From Escherichia coli (GTDB lineage: Bacteria > Pseudomonadota > Gammaproteobacteria > Enterobacterales > Enterobacteriaceae), in the NCBI RefSeq assembly GCF_024502345.1, contig NZ_JALDNN010000001.1: a stretch of DNA of 64,000 nt. The stretch is one strand, 5' to 3'. A program made the position numbers and the translations under genes. Below the pieces are notes generated by a model, which saw only the letters and a program-made list of their open reading frames with translations, did no database searches and was not told where the DNA came from. Below are positions 1-15,842 of the stretch, one piece after another; positions within the stretch are counted from its first letter, which is position 1; each line of letters opens with the position of its first letter.

Positions 1-1541
1 GGCCACATTTTCAGATGCAACTGCAAGGTGACATCTGCATCTTCGGCGGCGTAACGTCCGGCTTCTTCGAGGGCAATCTGGTTAAAGGTCAGTTGATTTT
101 TGCCTTTACCAGCAATCTCTTCAAAAGTGATGGTTTTGTGCTTCAACCAACGTTCCGCGAGGCTGTCCATATCGTGACGCCCGGCAACGCTATTGAGAAT
201 GTAGGACTCCAGCATGGTATCAAACGCAATCCCACGCAGTTCAATGCCGTAGTTCGCCAGAATACCGCGATCGTATTTCAGGTTTTGCCCGACCTTCAGC
301 GCCTTTTCATCTTCCAGCAGCGGTTTTAGCAACTCGAGTGCACGCTCGCGAGAGATTTGATCGGGCGCATCAAGATAATCATGAGCAACCGGAATATATG
401 CCGCTACGCCTGGCTCGATAGCAAAAGAAAGCCCGACCAGGTTAGCAGAGATGTTATCAAGGCTGTCGGTTTCGGTATCAAATGCAAATACCGGCGCTTT
501 TTCCAGCTTCGCAATCCACGCTTTCAGTGTTTCTTCATCAAGGATGGTGACGTAGTTGTCATAAGAAATCACCGTTGCCGTCACTTCTGGTGCTTCGTCT
601 GCAACACTGGTTTCCTGTGGCTTCGCGGCTGGTTTTGCCCCTTTGGCCTGTAACCATTTGCCCGCTTCGACATCAGCAGTCCAGCGTTTGAACTCATACT
701 TTTTGAACAGCCCCAACAACTCTTCCGCTGCCGGTTGCTGCACTTCCAGTTGTTCACAGGTCAGCTCCAGTTCAACGTCGGTTTTAATCGTCGCCAGCTG
801 GTATGAGAGATAAGCAACTTCTTTGTTTTGCTCGAGCTTCGCTGCCATTGTTTTCGCGCCACGGAAGCTCAACCCAGCAATTTTTTCTGGCTCGGCATAC
901 AGCGTATCCAGCCCGCCCAGACCTTGCAGCAATGCCTGCGCGGTTTTTTCACCGACGCCCGGTACGCCAGGGATGTTATCGGAGGAGTCACCCATCAGCG
1001 CCAGGAAATCGATGATCAGTTCTGGCGGCACGCCGTACTTATTCACCACCTCTTCCGGTCCGAGGATGGTATTCGTCATGGTATTGATAAGCGTAATATT
1101 TGGCGTCACCAGCTGCGCCATATCTTTATCGCCAGTGCTGATCAGCACCGGACGCCCGGCTTTTTCGGCTTCGCGCGCCAGAGTACCGATAACGTCGTCC
1201 GCTTCTACGCCAGAAACCGCCAGCAGCGGCAGTCCCATCGCTTTAACCATCGCGTGCAGAGGTTCGATTTGTGCTCGCAGATCGTCCGGCATTGGCGGGC
1301 GATGTGATTTGTAATGTTCAAACAGTTCATCACGAAAGGTTTTTCCCTTGGCGTCAAAGACCACCGCTGCATGCGTCGGTTTATATTGCATGATCAGACT
1401 GCGCAGCATGTTGAGGACACCATACATCGCACCGGTCGGCTCGCCTGCGCTGTTAGTCAGCGGGGGAAACGCGTGATATGCGCGATAAAGATAAGATGAA
1501 CCATCTACAAGGATAAGTGGATTTTGGGGGATCTGAACCAT
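1..1541 (-). CDS. polA: DNA polymerase I, 5' portion (N-terminal ~513 codons; gene continues beyond window start)
   Basis: Reverse-strand translation from ATG at 1539-1541 reads [25 protein letters not shown]..., the Pol I 5'-3' exonuclease domain. The frame stays open to the window edge, which is why it is missing from the ORF track. Confidence 0.9.
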   Translation of the reverse strand, partial: MVQIPQNPLILVDGSSYLYRAYHAFPPLTNSAGEPTGAMYGVLNMLRSLIMQYKPTHAAVVFDAKGKTFRDELFEHYKSHRPPMPDDLRAQIEPLHAMVKAMGLPLLAVSGVEADDVIGTLAREAEKAGRPVLISTGDKDMAQLVTPNITLINTMTNTILGPEEVVNKYGVPPELIIDFLALMGDSSDNIPGVPGVGEKTAQALLQGLGGLDTLYAEPEKIAGLSFRGAKTMAAKLEQNKEVAYLSYQLATIKTDVELELTCEQLEVQQPAAEELLGLFKKYEFKRWTADVEAGKWLQAKGAKPAAKPQETSVADEAPEVTATVISYDNYVTILDEETLKAWIAKLEKAPVFAFDTETDSLDNISANLVGLSFAIEPGVAAYIPVAHDYLDAPDQISRERALELLKPLLEDEKALKVGQNLKYDRGILANYGIELRGIAFDTMLESYILNSVAGRHDMDSLAERWLKHKTITFEEIAGKGKNQLTFNQIALEEAGRYAAEDADVTLQLHLKMW

Positions 1542-1904
1542 AATGTCCGTGCCTGTTTATCAGATTATAGGTAAAGGATGCCACAGACAGGATAAAAACA
1601 TGAGTTTTTCACCGCTTTTCGTGAAAATCTTTTGTAGATCTTCTGGATCGCTCGCAAATCGTCATGTGGATAACTTTGTGCATAAATTATTTACATCGCT
1701 TTTAATTTATTATCATGCTTTTTGCAGTATGATGTTTGTCTTTGTTTTTCATGTAGTTAAAAATAAAGCCATCCCTAATAATTGAGATAATGGGATTTTT
1801 TCTAATGTGGATAGATATGAATTATTTTTCTCCTTAAGGATCATCCGTTATTTGGGTCGTTTTCTGCTAAAATCTGCGCCTTGCGCTTCTTTAGCGCACT
1901 GTCT

Positions 1905-2837
1905 ATGGCTAACCTTTTGAATAAATTCATTATGACGAGAATACTCGCTGCGATAACCCTTTTGCTGAGTATCGTATTGACCATTTTGGTCACTATTTTT
2001 TGCTCCGTTCCGATCATCATTGCCGGGATTGTAAAACTATTGCTACCTGTGCCAGTCATTTGGCGAAAGGTTTCGCGTTTTTGTGATTTTATGATGTATT
2101 GCTGGTGTGAAGGTCTGGCGGTATTACTGCATCTGAACCCACACCTGCAATGGGAAGTTCACGGGCTGGAAGGGTTAAGTAAGAAGAACTGGTATCTGCT
2201 TATTTGTAACCACCGTAGTTGGGCAGATATTGTCGTACTGTGCGTGCTGTTTCGTAAGCACATTCCGATGAATAAATATTTCCTCAAGCAGCAGCTGGCC
2301 TGGGTGCCTTTTCTTGGCCTGGCGTGCTGGGCGCTGGATATGCCGTTTATGAAGCGTTATTCCCGCGCTTATTTATTACGTCATCCGGAGCGACGTGGTA
2401 AAGATGTTGAAACCACTCGGCGTTCTTGTGAAAAGTTTCGCCTGCATCCCACCACCATTGTCAATTTCGTTGAAGGCTCCCGTTTCACGCAAGAAAAACA
2501 TCAGCAAACCCACTCCACTTTTCAAAACTTGTTGCCACCAAAGGCGGCAGGCATTGCGATGGCGCTAAATGTACTGGGTAAACAATTCGATAAACTGCTT
2601 AATGTTACGTTGTGTTATCCGGACAATAACCGTCAGCCGTTCTTCGATATGTTAAGCGGTAAACTGACGCGGATTGTCGTACATGTGGATTTACAACCTA
2701 TTGCCGATGAGTTACATGGCGACTACATCAATGACAAAAGCTTTAAGCGCCATTTTCAGCAATGGCTGAACTCACTGTGGCAGGAAAAAGACCGGCTTCT
2801 GACGTCGTTGATGTCATCACAGCGGCAGGACAAGTAA
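1905..2837 (+). CDS. yihG: putative acyltransferase YihG (PlsC family)
   Basis: ORF 1881..2837; the start is probably the internal MANLLNKF at 1905. Membrane N-terminus; position divergent from polA. Confidence 0.8.
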   Translation: MANLLNKFIMTRILAAITLLLSIVLTILVTIFCSVPIIIAGIVKLLLPVPVIWRKVSRFCDFMMYCWCEGLAVLLHLNPHLQWEVHGLEGLSKKNWYLLICNHRSWADIVVLCVLFRKHIPMNKYFLKQQLAWVPFLGLACWALDMPFMKRYSRAYLLRHPERRGKDVETTRRSCEKFRLHPTTIVNFVEGSRFTQEKHQQTHSTFQNLLPPKAAGIAMALNVLGKQFDKLLNVTLCYPDNNRQPFFDMLSGKLTRIVVHVDLQPIADELHGDYINDKSFKRHFQQWLNSLWQEKDRLLTSLMSSQRQDK

Positions 2838-2877
2838 ATTTTGCTCGCCTCTGAATGAGCAGAGGCGAGTGAGTATT

Positions 2878-4308
2878 TTAATGAACAAAACGTCCGGCAC
2901 GAGACATAAATTCTTCTTCGCTCATCTCCTGTCCGTTAAAAACAACTTTACCCGGTGTATAACGCAGTTGCAGCGAGGCGGTATTGTTGTCAATCGTGAT
3001 TAACTGAAACATCTGACCTAATGTCATCATCCCGCTGATTTGTTTATCCGCCTGCTTTTGCGCTTTTTCCGCATCCATTCCTTCAGATAAATTAAGCTGT
3101 TTTGCGGTTTCTGTGACGACATTAAGCGGTAACTTCACATCAAAATTGAGCGATTTGATATCTTTGTTTGTGGATGATGAAGATTTGGCTGGGTCGGCAA
3201 TACTGATATCCAGATTGGCATTTAGTTCGCCGAGTGCGTTCTTCCATCTTACCGGTTGTTTAATGGTCGGCTCACTTTTTTGTAATAACGGTAAATACTC
3301 TTTGAACAATGCAGCATTCACTTCTTGCAGAGCAACTTCATCGTTTGCTAACTCAGGGTGTGCAGCAAGCTGCTTCTGCATCGCAATGTTATACTGGATG
3401 ATAAATTGGCGCACTGCTGAGGGATCAATAGATTCAGCAATCAATGACCACTCACCACTACCGAGTTGCTGATTCCCTTTTGTTAACTTATCAAGTTCGT
3501 AGGTCAGATTGACATTGATATAATCTTTGTCTTTAACGCGATCCAGCCTGGTTTTTGCAACGAAAGCATCGATTTGGGCAACGTCTTCCCCGTGATTGAT
3601 AATGTTAATCTGATTAAATTTCGACTCGCTTTCACCAACCGGAAATTTCTTTTCTTCTAATCGCGCCAGAGAATCAATGGTAAAACTTTTTGCCGTTACT
3701 TTGTTCATTGGTGATAATTGCAGAACAATATCTTCGACTTTGCCTTCAATATCCAGGTTAGACAATGAACTACCATCACCATTAAAAGTAAACTGGCCCT
3801 CACCAAAAGAAAACTTTCCATACTCTGCAGGGGCAACATCTAATGTCGTAGAGAATGAGCCACCAAACGCGAATCGCAATGTCGCTTCCACGGGCGATTT
3901 ATTTTTCACGGCGATAAATAGCGGTTGTGTCAGTTCATTATTCACTAAGTTCACTTTTGCCGCTGCCAGTGCTGGGATGACATTACCATGCATTAACATT
4001 GTGATGGGCAACGGACCGTGCTCAACATCCACATCAAATACAACTTTCTGGCCTGGCTTGATATTGAGATCGGGTGCACCGTTATCGAATGTCATTTGCA
4101 TTTGAAAACGAGAATTAAAAAAACCTTTGTCAAAATTTTTATAACTTAACGTCATATCGTAGGCATGTTCACCTTTCTTTTTAGCATCGTTAAAATCTTT
4201 AATAAACTTTTCGACACCAGGCTGAATTTGCGTACCTGTGTACCATGTGCCACCACCCCAGATTACGGCTAACGCAACAATAACACCTGTAGCTGACTTA
4301 CGTATCAT
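2878..4308 (-). CDS. yihF: DUF945-family protein YihF
   Basis: 476-aa ORF with N-terminal signal/TM; position between yihG and dsbA. Confidence 0.8.
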   Translation of the reverse strand: MIRKSATGVIVALAVIWGGGTWYTGTQIQPGVEKFIKDFNDAKKKGEHAYDMTLSYKNFDKGFFNSRFQMQMTFDNGAPDLNIKPGQKVVFDVDVEHGPLPITMLMHGNVIPALAAAKVNLVNNELTQPLFIAVKNKSPVEATLRFAFGGSFSTTLDVAPAEYGKFSFGEGQFTFNGDGSSLSNLDIEGKVEDIVLQLSPMNKVTAKSFTIDSLARLEEKKFPVGESESKFNQINIINHGEDVAQIDAFVAKTRLDRVKDKDYINVNLTYELDKLTKGNQQLGSGEWSLIAESIDPSAVRQFIIQYNIAMQKQLAAHPELANDEVALQEVNAALFKEYLPLLQKSEPTIKQPVRWKNALGELNANLDISIADPAKSSSSTNKDIKSLNFDVKLPLNVVTETAKQLNLSEGMDAEKAQKQADKQISGMMTLGQMFQLITIDNNTASLQLRYTPGKVVFNGQEMSEEEFMSRAGRFVH

Positions 4309-4414
4309 ATAAATATTCCCTGATAAAACAGCAAAACTTTAAATATCCGCTTATGCTGAAATAATGTCCAGCGGCAGGACGCATTATCAGAATGTATTTA
4401 TATTTATTAAATAA

Positions 4415-4443
4415 TAAAAAAAACCCGTGAATATTCACGGGCC
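4415..4443 (-). terminator. rho-independent terminator downstream of dsbA
   Basis: Hairpin cccgtgaatattcacggg followed by a U-run on the minus-strand transcript, just past the dsbA stop. Confidence 0.6.
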
Positions 4444-4462
4444 TTATGTAATTTACATTGAA

Positions 4463-5089
4463 TTATTTTTTCTCGGACAGATATTTCACTGTATCAGCAT
4501 ACTGCTTAACAAAAACATCCATATTGCTGGTATCCATACCCTGCGGATTCAGCTGATATTTACCGTTAACAAACATCGCCGGAACGCCACGCAATTGCAC
4601 GTCAGCTGCAGCTTTTTCCTGCTGAGCGACCAGAGATTTGACCACGAAGCTGTTCCACGCCGCGTCGTACTCTTCACCTTTAATACCTGCGTTGATAAAT
4701 ACATCGCGGATATCAGATGCTGAACGAATGGTCTGGGTTTTCTGTACGCCTTCAAACAGCGGAACAGTGACTTTGTCTTCCACGCCCAGCGCCATCGCCA
4801 CAGCCCATGCCTGAGTCAGATCTTTGCCCAGGTCACCACCCATGAAGTCGACGTGGTATTTAGTCATCTTCACGCCTTCCGGCAGTTTTTTCTTCACATT
4901 ATCAGAAATATGCAGAACTTCTTCAAACTGATAGCAGTGCGGACAGAAGAAAGAGAAAAACTCCAGCACTTGCGGCGCGCCAGCTACCGGTTTTTCCAGG
5001 GTAGTGTACTGTTTACCATCTTCATACTGCGCCGCCGATGCGCTAAACGCTAAAACTAAACCAGCCAGCGCCAGCCAAATCTTTTTCAT
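4463..5089 (-). CDS. dsbA: periplasmic thiol:disulfide oxidoreductase DsbA
   Basis: 208 aa, signal peptide, CPHC active-site motif ([12 protein letters not shown]). Confidence 0.95.
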   Translation of the reverse strand: MKKIWLALAGLVLAFSASAAQYEDGKQYTTLEKPVAGAPQVLEFFSFFCPHCYQFEEVLHISDNVKKKLPEGVKMTKYHVDFMGGDLGKDLTQAWAVAMALGVEDKVTVPLFEGVQKTQTIRSASDIRDVFINAGIKGEEYDAAWNSFVVKSLVAQQEKAAADVQLRGVPAMFVNGKYQLNPQGMDTSNMDVFVKQYADTVKYLSEKK

Positions 5090-5105
5090 GATCTACTCTC
5101 TCCGA

Positions 5106-6092
5106 TTAATACATAGGTGTTAATTGTAAAGGGGGTTCTTGTAGAACTTTTGCCTGTTCTATAAAAGTCGCCGTTTGTCGCAGCCAGTAATCTTCCCCGG
5201 TTAACCACGGGAAATTTTTCGGGAACGCGGGATCAGCCCAACGCCGCATTAGCCAGGCAAGATAATAAACCAAACGCATGGCGCGTAAAGGTTCAATCAG
5301 TCCGATTTCAGCGGTGTCGAACTCGCTAAATTCTTCATAAGCTTCAATAATAGTTTCCAGTTGCATCCGCTGCTCGGCTTTATCGCCATTGAGCAACATC
5401 CACAAATCCTGAATAGCTGGACCATTACGTGCATCATCCAGATCAACAAACATTGGACCATCGCGCCAGAGAATATTCCCGGCGTGGCAGTCTCCATGTA
5501 GCCGCAGAACGGTGAAATCTTCCCGCCAGTGTGCTGTAACGGCGGCGATCAGCTCATCTGTCGCTTTCAGGAATGCCGCTTTCAACCCGGAAGGTATCAG
5601 TGTAGCGTCCTCAAACAGCTTGCGTGGCTCAATGAGATATTCATTCAGACCGATGGTCGGGCGATGGATAAAAAGCTGTTTGTGCCCCGTCTGGTGCATA
5701 CGCCCTAAATAACGCCCAACCGCTTCCGTCTGATCGATATTATCAGCTTCGAACTGGCGACCACCGACGCTTGGAAAAACAGCGAAATAAAATCCCTGAT
5801 GATTCAATAAAGTCTGACCGTTAAAGGCCACAGGTGCTGCGACCGGAACTTCATCATTTACCAGCTGCAACGCAAATTGATGTTCTTCGAGGATTTGATC
5901 GGCTGTCCAACGTTCAGGGCGATAAAATTTGACGACAAAACGTCGACGCTCTTCGTCCTGAAATTGATAGACACGGTTTTCATAGCTGTTAAGCGGGGTA
6001 AGACCGGAATCCACCCGGATCCCTTGCTCAAACAGAGCGTCCATGATGGTATCCGGGTGTAGTGTCTGGAAAGTAAAAGCGCTGTTGTTCAT
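5106..6092 (-). CDS. srkA: stress-response Ser/Thr kinase SrkA (YihE/RdoA)
   Basis: 328-aa ORF; kinase-like HGDCHAGNILW motif; immediately upstream of dsbA. Confidence 0.9.
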   Translation of the reverse strand: MNNSAFTFQTLHPDTIMDALFEQGIRVDSGLTPLNSYENRVYQFQDEERRRFVVKFYRPERWTADQILEEHQFALQLVNDEVPVAAPVAFNGQTLLNHQGFYFAVFPSVGGRQFEADNIDQTEAVGRYLGRMHQTGHKQLFIHRPTIGLNEYLIEPRKLFEDATLIPSGLKAAFLKATDELIAAVTAHWREDFTVLRLHGDCHAGNILWRDGPMFVDLDDARNGPAIQDLWMLLNGDKAEQRMQLETIIEAYEEFSEFDTAEIGLIEPLRAMRLVYYLAWLMRRWADPAFPKNFPWLTGEDYWLRQTATFIEQAKVLQEPPLQLTPMY

Positions 6093-6168
6093 CCCATCAT
6101 CCGGAAAACATTACGAATGATGAAGGATATCATTTCACGATGATTTTGGTGGCGCCGCTTACAAGCTT

Positions 6169-6438
6169 TTACTCTTTAATTACGCCGCGAGCGCGTAACA
6201 GCGCCGTTTTGAAGTCTTCTTCATAATCTTTCTGCAAACCCGGGATCACCGCATCTTTCGCGGAATCACGCATTTTCAGGTGATAGATCAGAATGTCATC
6301 CGTCAAATCCGCCAGTTCGCCGTCAAAACCTGACTCTTTCGCCAGTTTCTGCAAAAATTGCAACAGGTTAAGGTCTGGCTCTTTTTGCCAGGCTGGCTGG
6401 AGGAGTTCAATAACTTCATTCAGACGTTTACATTTCAT
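6169..6438 (-). CDS. yihD: DUF1040 protein YihD
   Basis: ORF 6169..6468; the likely start is MKCKRLNEV at 6438 (89 aa). Confidence 0.8.
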
Positions 6439-6507
6439 AGTGATGCTCCTTACTCTTGAGACAGACACGTTAGCAGGGTCAATCCCACAATAAAAGAGGC
6501 GATATCG

Positions 6508-7092
6508 GTGAATCTGATGACGACGATAACAGGCGTTGTGCTGGCAGGCGGTAAAGCCAGACGAATGGGCGGCGTAGATAAAGGATTGCTGGAATTAAAT
6601 GGCAAACCGCTGTGGCAACATGTCGCTGACGCGCTTATGGCGCAGCTCTCTCACGTCGTGGTTAATGCTAATCGTCATCAGGAAATCTATCAGGCAAGCG
6701 GTCTGAAAGTGATTGAAGATTCACTGGCGGATTACCCAGGCCCTCTGGCAGGAATGCTTTCAGTAATGCAGCAGGAAGCAGGCGAGTGGTTTTTGTTTTG
6801 TCCGTGCGATACTCCTTATATTCCCGAGGATTTAGCAGCCCGGCTTAATCATCAGCGCAAAGATGCGCCTGTCGTGTGGGTCCATGACGGTGAACGCGAT
6901 CACCCGACTATTGCTCTGGTAAACCGCGCTATTGAGCCTTTATTACTGGAATATCTGCAAGCAGGAGAACGCCGGGTAATGGCATTTATGCGTCTGGCTG
7001 GCGGTCATGCGGTTGATTTCAGCGATCATAAAGATGCATTTGTTAACGTGAATACGCCAGAGGAGCTTGCCCGATGGCAGGAAAAACGATGA
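6508..7092 (+). CDS. mobA: molybdenum cofactor guanylyltransferase MobA
   Basis: 194 aa with [11 protein letters not shown] nucleotide-binding motif. Confidence 0.9.
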
Positions 7093-7601
7093 TACCGTTA
7101 CTCGCCTTTGCCGCGTGGAGTGGTACCGGAAAAACTACGCTTTTGAAAAAACTGATCCCGGCATTATGCGCCAGAGGGATCCGTCCAGGGCTGATTAAGC
7201 ATACGCACCATGATATGGATGTTGATAAGCCAGGCAAAGATAGCTATGAGCTGCGCAAGGCTGGCGCGGCACAAACCATCGTTGCCAGCCAGCAACGATG
7301 GGCCTTGATGACGGAAACACCAGACGAAGAAGAGCTGGATCTACAGTTTCTCGCAAGTCGAATGGATACCTCAAAGCTGGATTTGATTCTGGTCGAAGGG
7401 TTTAAGCATGAAGAGATCGCAAAGATTGTGCTGTTTCGCGATGGAGCCGGACATCGACCTGAAGAATTAGTGATAGACAGGCATGTTATTGCTGTAGCCA
7501 GTGATGTGCCGCTTAATCTTGATGTCGCATTACTGGATATTAATGATGTTGAGGGGCTGGCTGATTTTGTGGTGGAGTGGATGCAAAAGCAGAACGGATA
7601 A
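7074..7601 (+). CDS. mobB: molybdopterin-guanine dinucleotide biosynthesis adapter MobB
   Basis: 175 aa with Walker A motif (GTGKTT); overlaps the mobA 3' end. Confidence 0.9.
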   Translation: MAGKTMIPLLAFAAWSGTGKTTLLKKLIPALCARGIRPGLIKHTHHDMDVDKPGKDSYELRKAGAAQTIVASQQRWALMTETPDEEELDLQFLASRMDTSKLDLILVEGFKHEEIAKIVLFRDGAGHRPEELVIDRHVIAVASDVPLNLDVALLDINDVEGLADFVVEWMQKQNG

Positions 7602-7609
7602 GCAAGAGT

Positions 7610-7645
7610 AGGCTGGATAAGACGCGCCAGCGTCGCATCCGGCAT
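7610..7645. repeat. REP (repetitive extragenic palindrome) element
   Basis: ggctggataagacgcgccagcgtcgcatccggcat, the canonical REP palindrome. Confidence 0.7.
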
Positions 7646-7659
7646 TTTTCTGCACCAGC

Positions 7660-7690
7660 GCAAAAAGGCCCAGTCTTCCGACCGGGCCTT
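7660..7690 (-). terminator. rRNA operon terminator downstream of 5S
   Basis: GC-rich hairpin (aaggcccggtcggaagactgggcctt) followed by a U-run on the minus-strand transcript, just past the 5S 3' end. Confidence 0.65.
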
Positions 7691-7702
7691 CTGCTTAATT
7701 TG

Positions 7703-7822
7703 ATGCCTGGCAGTTCCCTACTCTCGCATGGGGAGACCCCACACTACCATCGGCGCTACGGCGTTTCACTTCTGAGTTCGGCATGGGGTCAGGTGGGACC
7801 ACCGCGCTACGGCCGCCAGGCA
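7703..7822 (-). rRNA. rrfA: 5S ribosomal RNA
   Basis: Reverse complement matches E. coli 5S (TGCCTGGCGGC...GGAACTGCCAGGCAT), 120 nt. Confidence 0.95.
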
Positions 7823-7912
7823 AATTCTGTTTTATCAGACCGCTTCTGCGTTCTGATTTAATCTGTATCAGGCTGAAAATCTTCTCTCATCCGCCAAAAC
7901 ATCTTCGGCGTT

Positions 7913-10817
<2,905 letters not shown>

Positions 10818-11000
10818 TCACAACCCGAAGATGTTTCTTGCGATCCATCATCGTGTTGCGAAAATTTGAGAGACTCACGAACAACTTTCGTTGTTCAGTG
10901 TTTCAATTTTCAGCTTGATCCAGATTTTTAAAGAGCAAAACTTCGCAGTGAACCTTTTCAGGTACACTCTGAAGTATTTTTTATTTAATCACTACAGAGA

Positions 11001-11076
11001 TGGTGGAGCTATGCGGGATCGAACCGCAGACCTCCTGCGTGCAAAGCAGGCGCTCTCCCAGCTGAGCTATAGCCCC
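11001..11076 (-). tRNA. alaT: tRNA-Ala (UGC), spacer tRNA
   Basis: Reverse complement GGGGCTATAGCTCAGCTGGGAGAGCGCCTGCTTTGCACGCAGGAGGTCTGCGGTTCGATCCCGCATAGCTCCACCA. Confidence 0.95.
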
Positions 11077-11118
11077 ATAACATGTAGTTAAAACCTCTTC
11101 AAATTTGCCGTGCAAATT

Positions 11119-11195
<77 letters not shown>

Positions 11196-11263
11196 GTAGA
11201 GGTTTTACTGCTCATTTTCATCAGACAATCTGTGTGAGCACTGCAAAGAACGCTTCTTTAAGG

Positions 11264-12805
<1,542 letters not shown>

Positions 12806-12976
12806 AAGTTTGATGCTCAAAGAATTAAACTTCGTAATGAATTACGTGTTCACTCTTGAGACTTGGTATTCATTTTTCGTCTTGCGACGTTAAGAATCCG
12901 TATCTTCGAGTGCCCACACAGATTGTCTGATAAATTGTTAAAGAGCAGTGCCGCTTCGCTTTTTCTCAGCGGCGCG

Positions 12977-13131
12977 GGGTGTGCATAATACGCTTTCCCG
13001 CCACAGAGTCAAGCATTTATTTTTGCTTTCTCTGTTGAGATTCTCAGGAGAACCCCGCTGACCCGGCGGCGTGTTTGCCGTTGTTCCGTGTCAGTGGTGG
13101 CGCATTATAGGGAGTTATTCCGGCCTGACAA
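12977..13131 (-). promoter_or_regulatory. tandem rRNA promoters P1 and P2
   Basis: On the minus strand: P1 -35 TTGTCA (13126-13131) and -10 TATAAT (13104-13109) with a 16-bp spacer; P2 -35 TTGACT (13007-13012) and -10 TATTAT (12985-12990). Confidence 0.8.
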
Positions 13132-13180
13132 GAGGAAATTTAAAATAATTTTCTGACCGCGCATTTTTTATTCTTTATGC

Positions 13181-13726
13181 TTATTTCAGCGTCGGTTTGT
13201 CGGTTAAATGGGCGATTTCTCGGGCGAAATTCGCCACCTGCTCCCAATCGGTATAGACAACTTCTTTGCGCGTATCCGTTTCACCGCCTGACATCTTCAT
13301 AATCAGCTTGATCATAAAACGGTCGTACCAGCGATAACGTGGGTAACGCAGCGCCCCGGCAATGACCGCGCAGCGATCGGGACGCCATTGCGAGTTCATC
13401 AGAAACTTCCGCGCGTAGCTGTTGGTCTGTGGAGTACGCTTCTCCGGTTTGCGCGCCACCAGGTTTACGGAATAAAAGGCGCTCGGCATCGAATTCAGTC
13501 GCGTCGCATGTTTTTTGACAAATTCCTGGAACGCAGAGTGGTAGTGACCATAGCGAATAGAAGCACCAATGACCACACGGTCATAATTTTCCCATTGTGG
13601 TTCTTCAATGCGGTGCACATTGGCGACATCCGTCTGGATCCCCAGTTCTTTCAGTTCCGAAGCCAGGTAGGAGGCAATCTCGCGCGTTTGTCCGTCCCTT
13701 GTTGAGAAAAGAATTAATGTTTTCAC
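13181..13726 (-). CDS. hemG: protoporphyrinogen oxidase HemG (flavodoxin-like)
   Basis: 181 aa; flavodoxin-like N-terminus [14 protein letters not shown]. Confidence 0.9.
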   Translation of the reverse strand: MKTLILFSTRDGQTREIASYLASELKELGIQTDVANVHRIEEPQWENYDRVVIGASIRYGHYHSAFQEFVKKHATRLNSMPSAFYSVNLVARKPEKRTPQTNSYARKFLMNSQWRPDRCAVIAGALRYPRYRWYDRFMIKLIMKMSGGETDTRKEVVYTDWEQVANFAREIAHLTDKPTLK

Positions 13727-13737
13727 GTATTACTCCA

Positions 13738-15189
13738 TCATTCACGCCAGAAAGTCGGGGTAAAGAGCACCAGCAATGTAAAGACCTCGAGACGACCAAA
13801 CAGCATGTTGGCAATCAGGATCCATTTAGCCACCGGGTTCATACTGGTAAAGTTATCAGCAACCACGCCAAGCCCTGGCCCCAGGTTATTCAATGTCGCA
13901 ACAACTGAGGCAAAGGCAGAAAAATCATCCACGCCCGTGGCGATAATCGCCAGCATACTGACAATAAACACCAATGCATAGGCGGAGAAAAATCCCCAAA
14001 CGGCTTCGAGGATACGTTCCGGCAGTGCGCGATTCCCCAGCTTAATGCTATAGACGGCGTTCGGATGCACCAGTCGTTTCAGCTCACGGTTCCCCTGCTT
14101 AAACAGCAGCAGGATGCGGATCACTTTCAGGCCACCGCCCGTTGATCCGGCGCAACCGCCGATAAAAGCTGAACATAAAAGCAGTACCGGCAAAAAGAGC
14201 GGCCAGCGGGCAATGCTGTCAGTCGTAAACCCGGCGGTTGTCGCCATCGATACCACCTGGAAAAACGCCTGGTTAATTGTCATCAGCGCCGAACTGTAGA
14301 CATTATGAAACCACAGTACGAGTGTACAAATAACCACCAGCGTAAACTGTACGCCGATAAACATGCGAAATTCCGGATCGCGCCAATAAACCTTCAGACT
14401 ACGCCCACTTAACAGTGAAAAGTGCAGACCGTAGTTACAGCCGGAGATCAGCAGGAAGATAGCAATGATAGTGTTAATAGTCGGGCTGTCGAAATAACCG
14501 ATACTGGCATCATGTGTCGAGAAGCCGCCAATAGCGATAGTCGCAAAGCTATGGCCGATGGCATCAAAGGCATCCATTCCGGCAAACCACAACGCCAGCG
14601 CACAGGCGACGGTCAGCAAGACATAAATCAACCACAGGGTTTTCGCCGTTTCCGCAATTCGCGGGCGCATTTTGTTATCTTTCAGCGGGCCGGGCATTTC
14701 TGCGCGATAGAGCTGCATCCCACCCACGCCGAGGATAGGCAGTATCGCAACCGCTAACACGATGATCCCCATCCCGCCAAACCATTGCAGCATCTGGCGA
14801 TAAAAGAGGATGGCATGAGGGAGCGAATCCAGCCCCACCAGCGTAGTGGCCCCGGTGGTGGTCAGGCCAGAGAAAGATTCAAAAAACGCATCGGTAATCG
14901 TGAGGTTCGGGCTTTCCGAGAAGATAAAAGGGAGCGCACCGACACTACCCAGCACGGTCCAGAACAGCACCACTATCAGAAACCCCTCACGGGATTTCAG
15001 TTCGCCCTTCTCTTTACGGTTCGGCCACCACAGCATAGAACCAATGGCGAGGGCGACAAAAAAGGTCTGGGTAAAAGCGCGGCCCGCTCCATCCCGGTAG
15101 ATGAGTGCTACCAGCCCAGGGATAATCATGGTCCCTGAAAATAAGATGACCAGTAGTCCAACGATTCGGGTAATGGCGCGAAAATGCAT
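13738..15189 (-). CDS. trkH: potassium uptake protein TrkH
   Basis: 483-aa polytopic membrane protein; synteny with hemG and pepQ. Confidence 0.9.
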   Translation of the reverse strand: MHFRAITRIVGLLVILFSGTMIIPGLVALIYRDGAGRAFTQTFFVALAIGSMLWWPNRKEKGELKSREGFLIVVLFWTVLGSVGALPFIFSESPNLTITDAFFESFSGLTTTGATTLVGLDSLPHAILFYRQMLQWFGGMGIIVLAVAILPILGVGGMQLYRAEMPGPLKDNKMRPRIAETAKTLWLIYVLLTVACALALWFAGMDAFDAIGHSFATIAIGGFSTHDASIGYFDSPTINTIIAIFLLISGCNYGLHFSLLSGRSLKVYWRDPEFRMFIGVQFTLVVICTLVLWFHNVYSSALMTINQAFFQVVSMATTAGFTTDSIARWPLFLPVLLLCSAFIGGCAGSTGGGLKVIRILLLFKQGNRELKRLVHPNAVYSIKLGNRALPERILEAVWGFFSAYALVFIVSMLAIIATGVDDFSAFASVVATLNNLGPGLGVVADNFTSMNPVAKWILIANMLFGRLEVFTLLVLFTPTFWRE

Positions 15190-15227
15190 CTCTGCCGCTT
15201 CCTTAGTTCTGCAAAACGAAGTGGGGA

Positions 15228-15842
15228 TTATTCTTCAATCGCTAACAATTGCAATGAACCACGGCTAAAATCCGCCAGCTTTGCGGAAAATTCAGCCACT
15301 TTCGCCGCCGGAAGCGCCACCCGCAGCAGAACGAATGCCTGATAATCACTGTTGATAATTTTGCCGTCACACTGCCCCAGCAACGCTTCAATGCCGGTTA
15401 ACTGATGATATTCACATTGCAAAGTATATTCGGTTAATGGCGTCTTGCGTTGGGTCGTTAGCTGGCGCAGCGCCTGATTCACGCCGCCGCCATACGCTTT
15501 CACTAACCCACCGGTGCCAAGCAATATGCCGCCGTAGTAGCGCACTACCACAGCGGTAATTTCCCCGACGCCGCTGCCCATTAGCTGGGCGAGCATCGGT
15601 TTACCTGCCGTTCCTGCCGGCTCCCCGTCGTCAGAGAAACCCAGCTGTTGAGAATCATCCGGCGCACCCGCCACCCACGCCACGCAATGGTGGCGGGCAT
15701 CGGGGTGTTCTGCCCGCACCGATTCAACAAACGCTTTCGCCGCCTCAACGCCATCGGTATGCGCCAACATCGTTATGAAGCGGCTTTTTTTGATCTCTTC
15801 AACGACCGTGACCGGTGCCGCAGGAATTAACCAGCTTTCCAT
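15228..15842 (-). CDS. yigZ: IMPACT-family protein YigZ
   Basis: ORF 15228..15845; the likely start is [10 protein letters not shown] at 15842, overlapping the pepQ stop. Confidence 0.85.
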   Translation of the reverse strand: MESWLIPAAPVTVVEEIKKSRFITMLAHTDGVEAAKAFVESVRAEHPDARHHCVAWVAGAPDDSQQLGFSDDGEPAGTAGKPMLAQLMGSGVGEITAVVVRYYGGILLGTGGLVKAYGGGVNQALRQLTTQRKTPLTEYTLQCEYHQLTGIEALLGQCDGKIINSDYQAFVLLRVALPAAKVAEFSAKLADFSRGSLQLLAIEE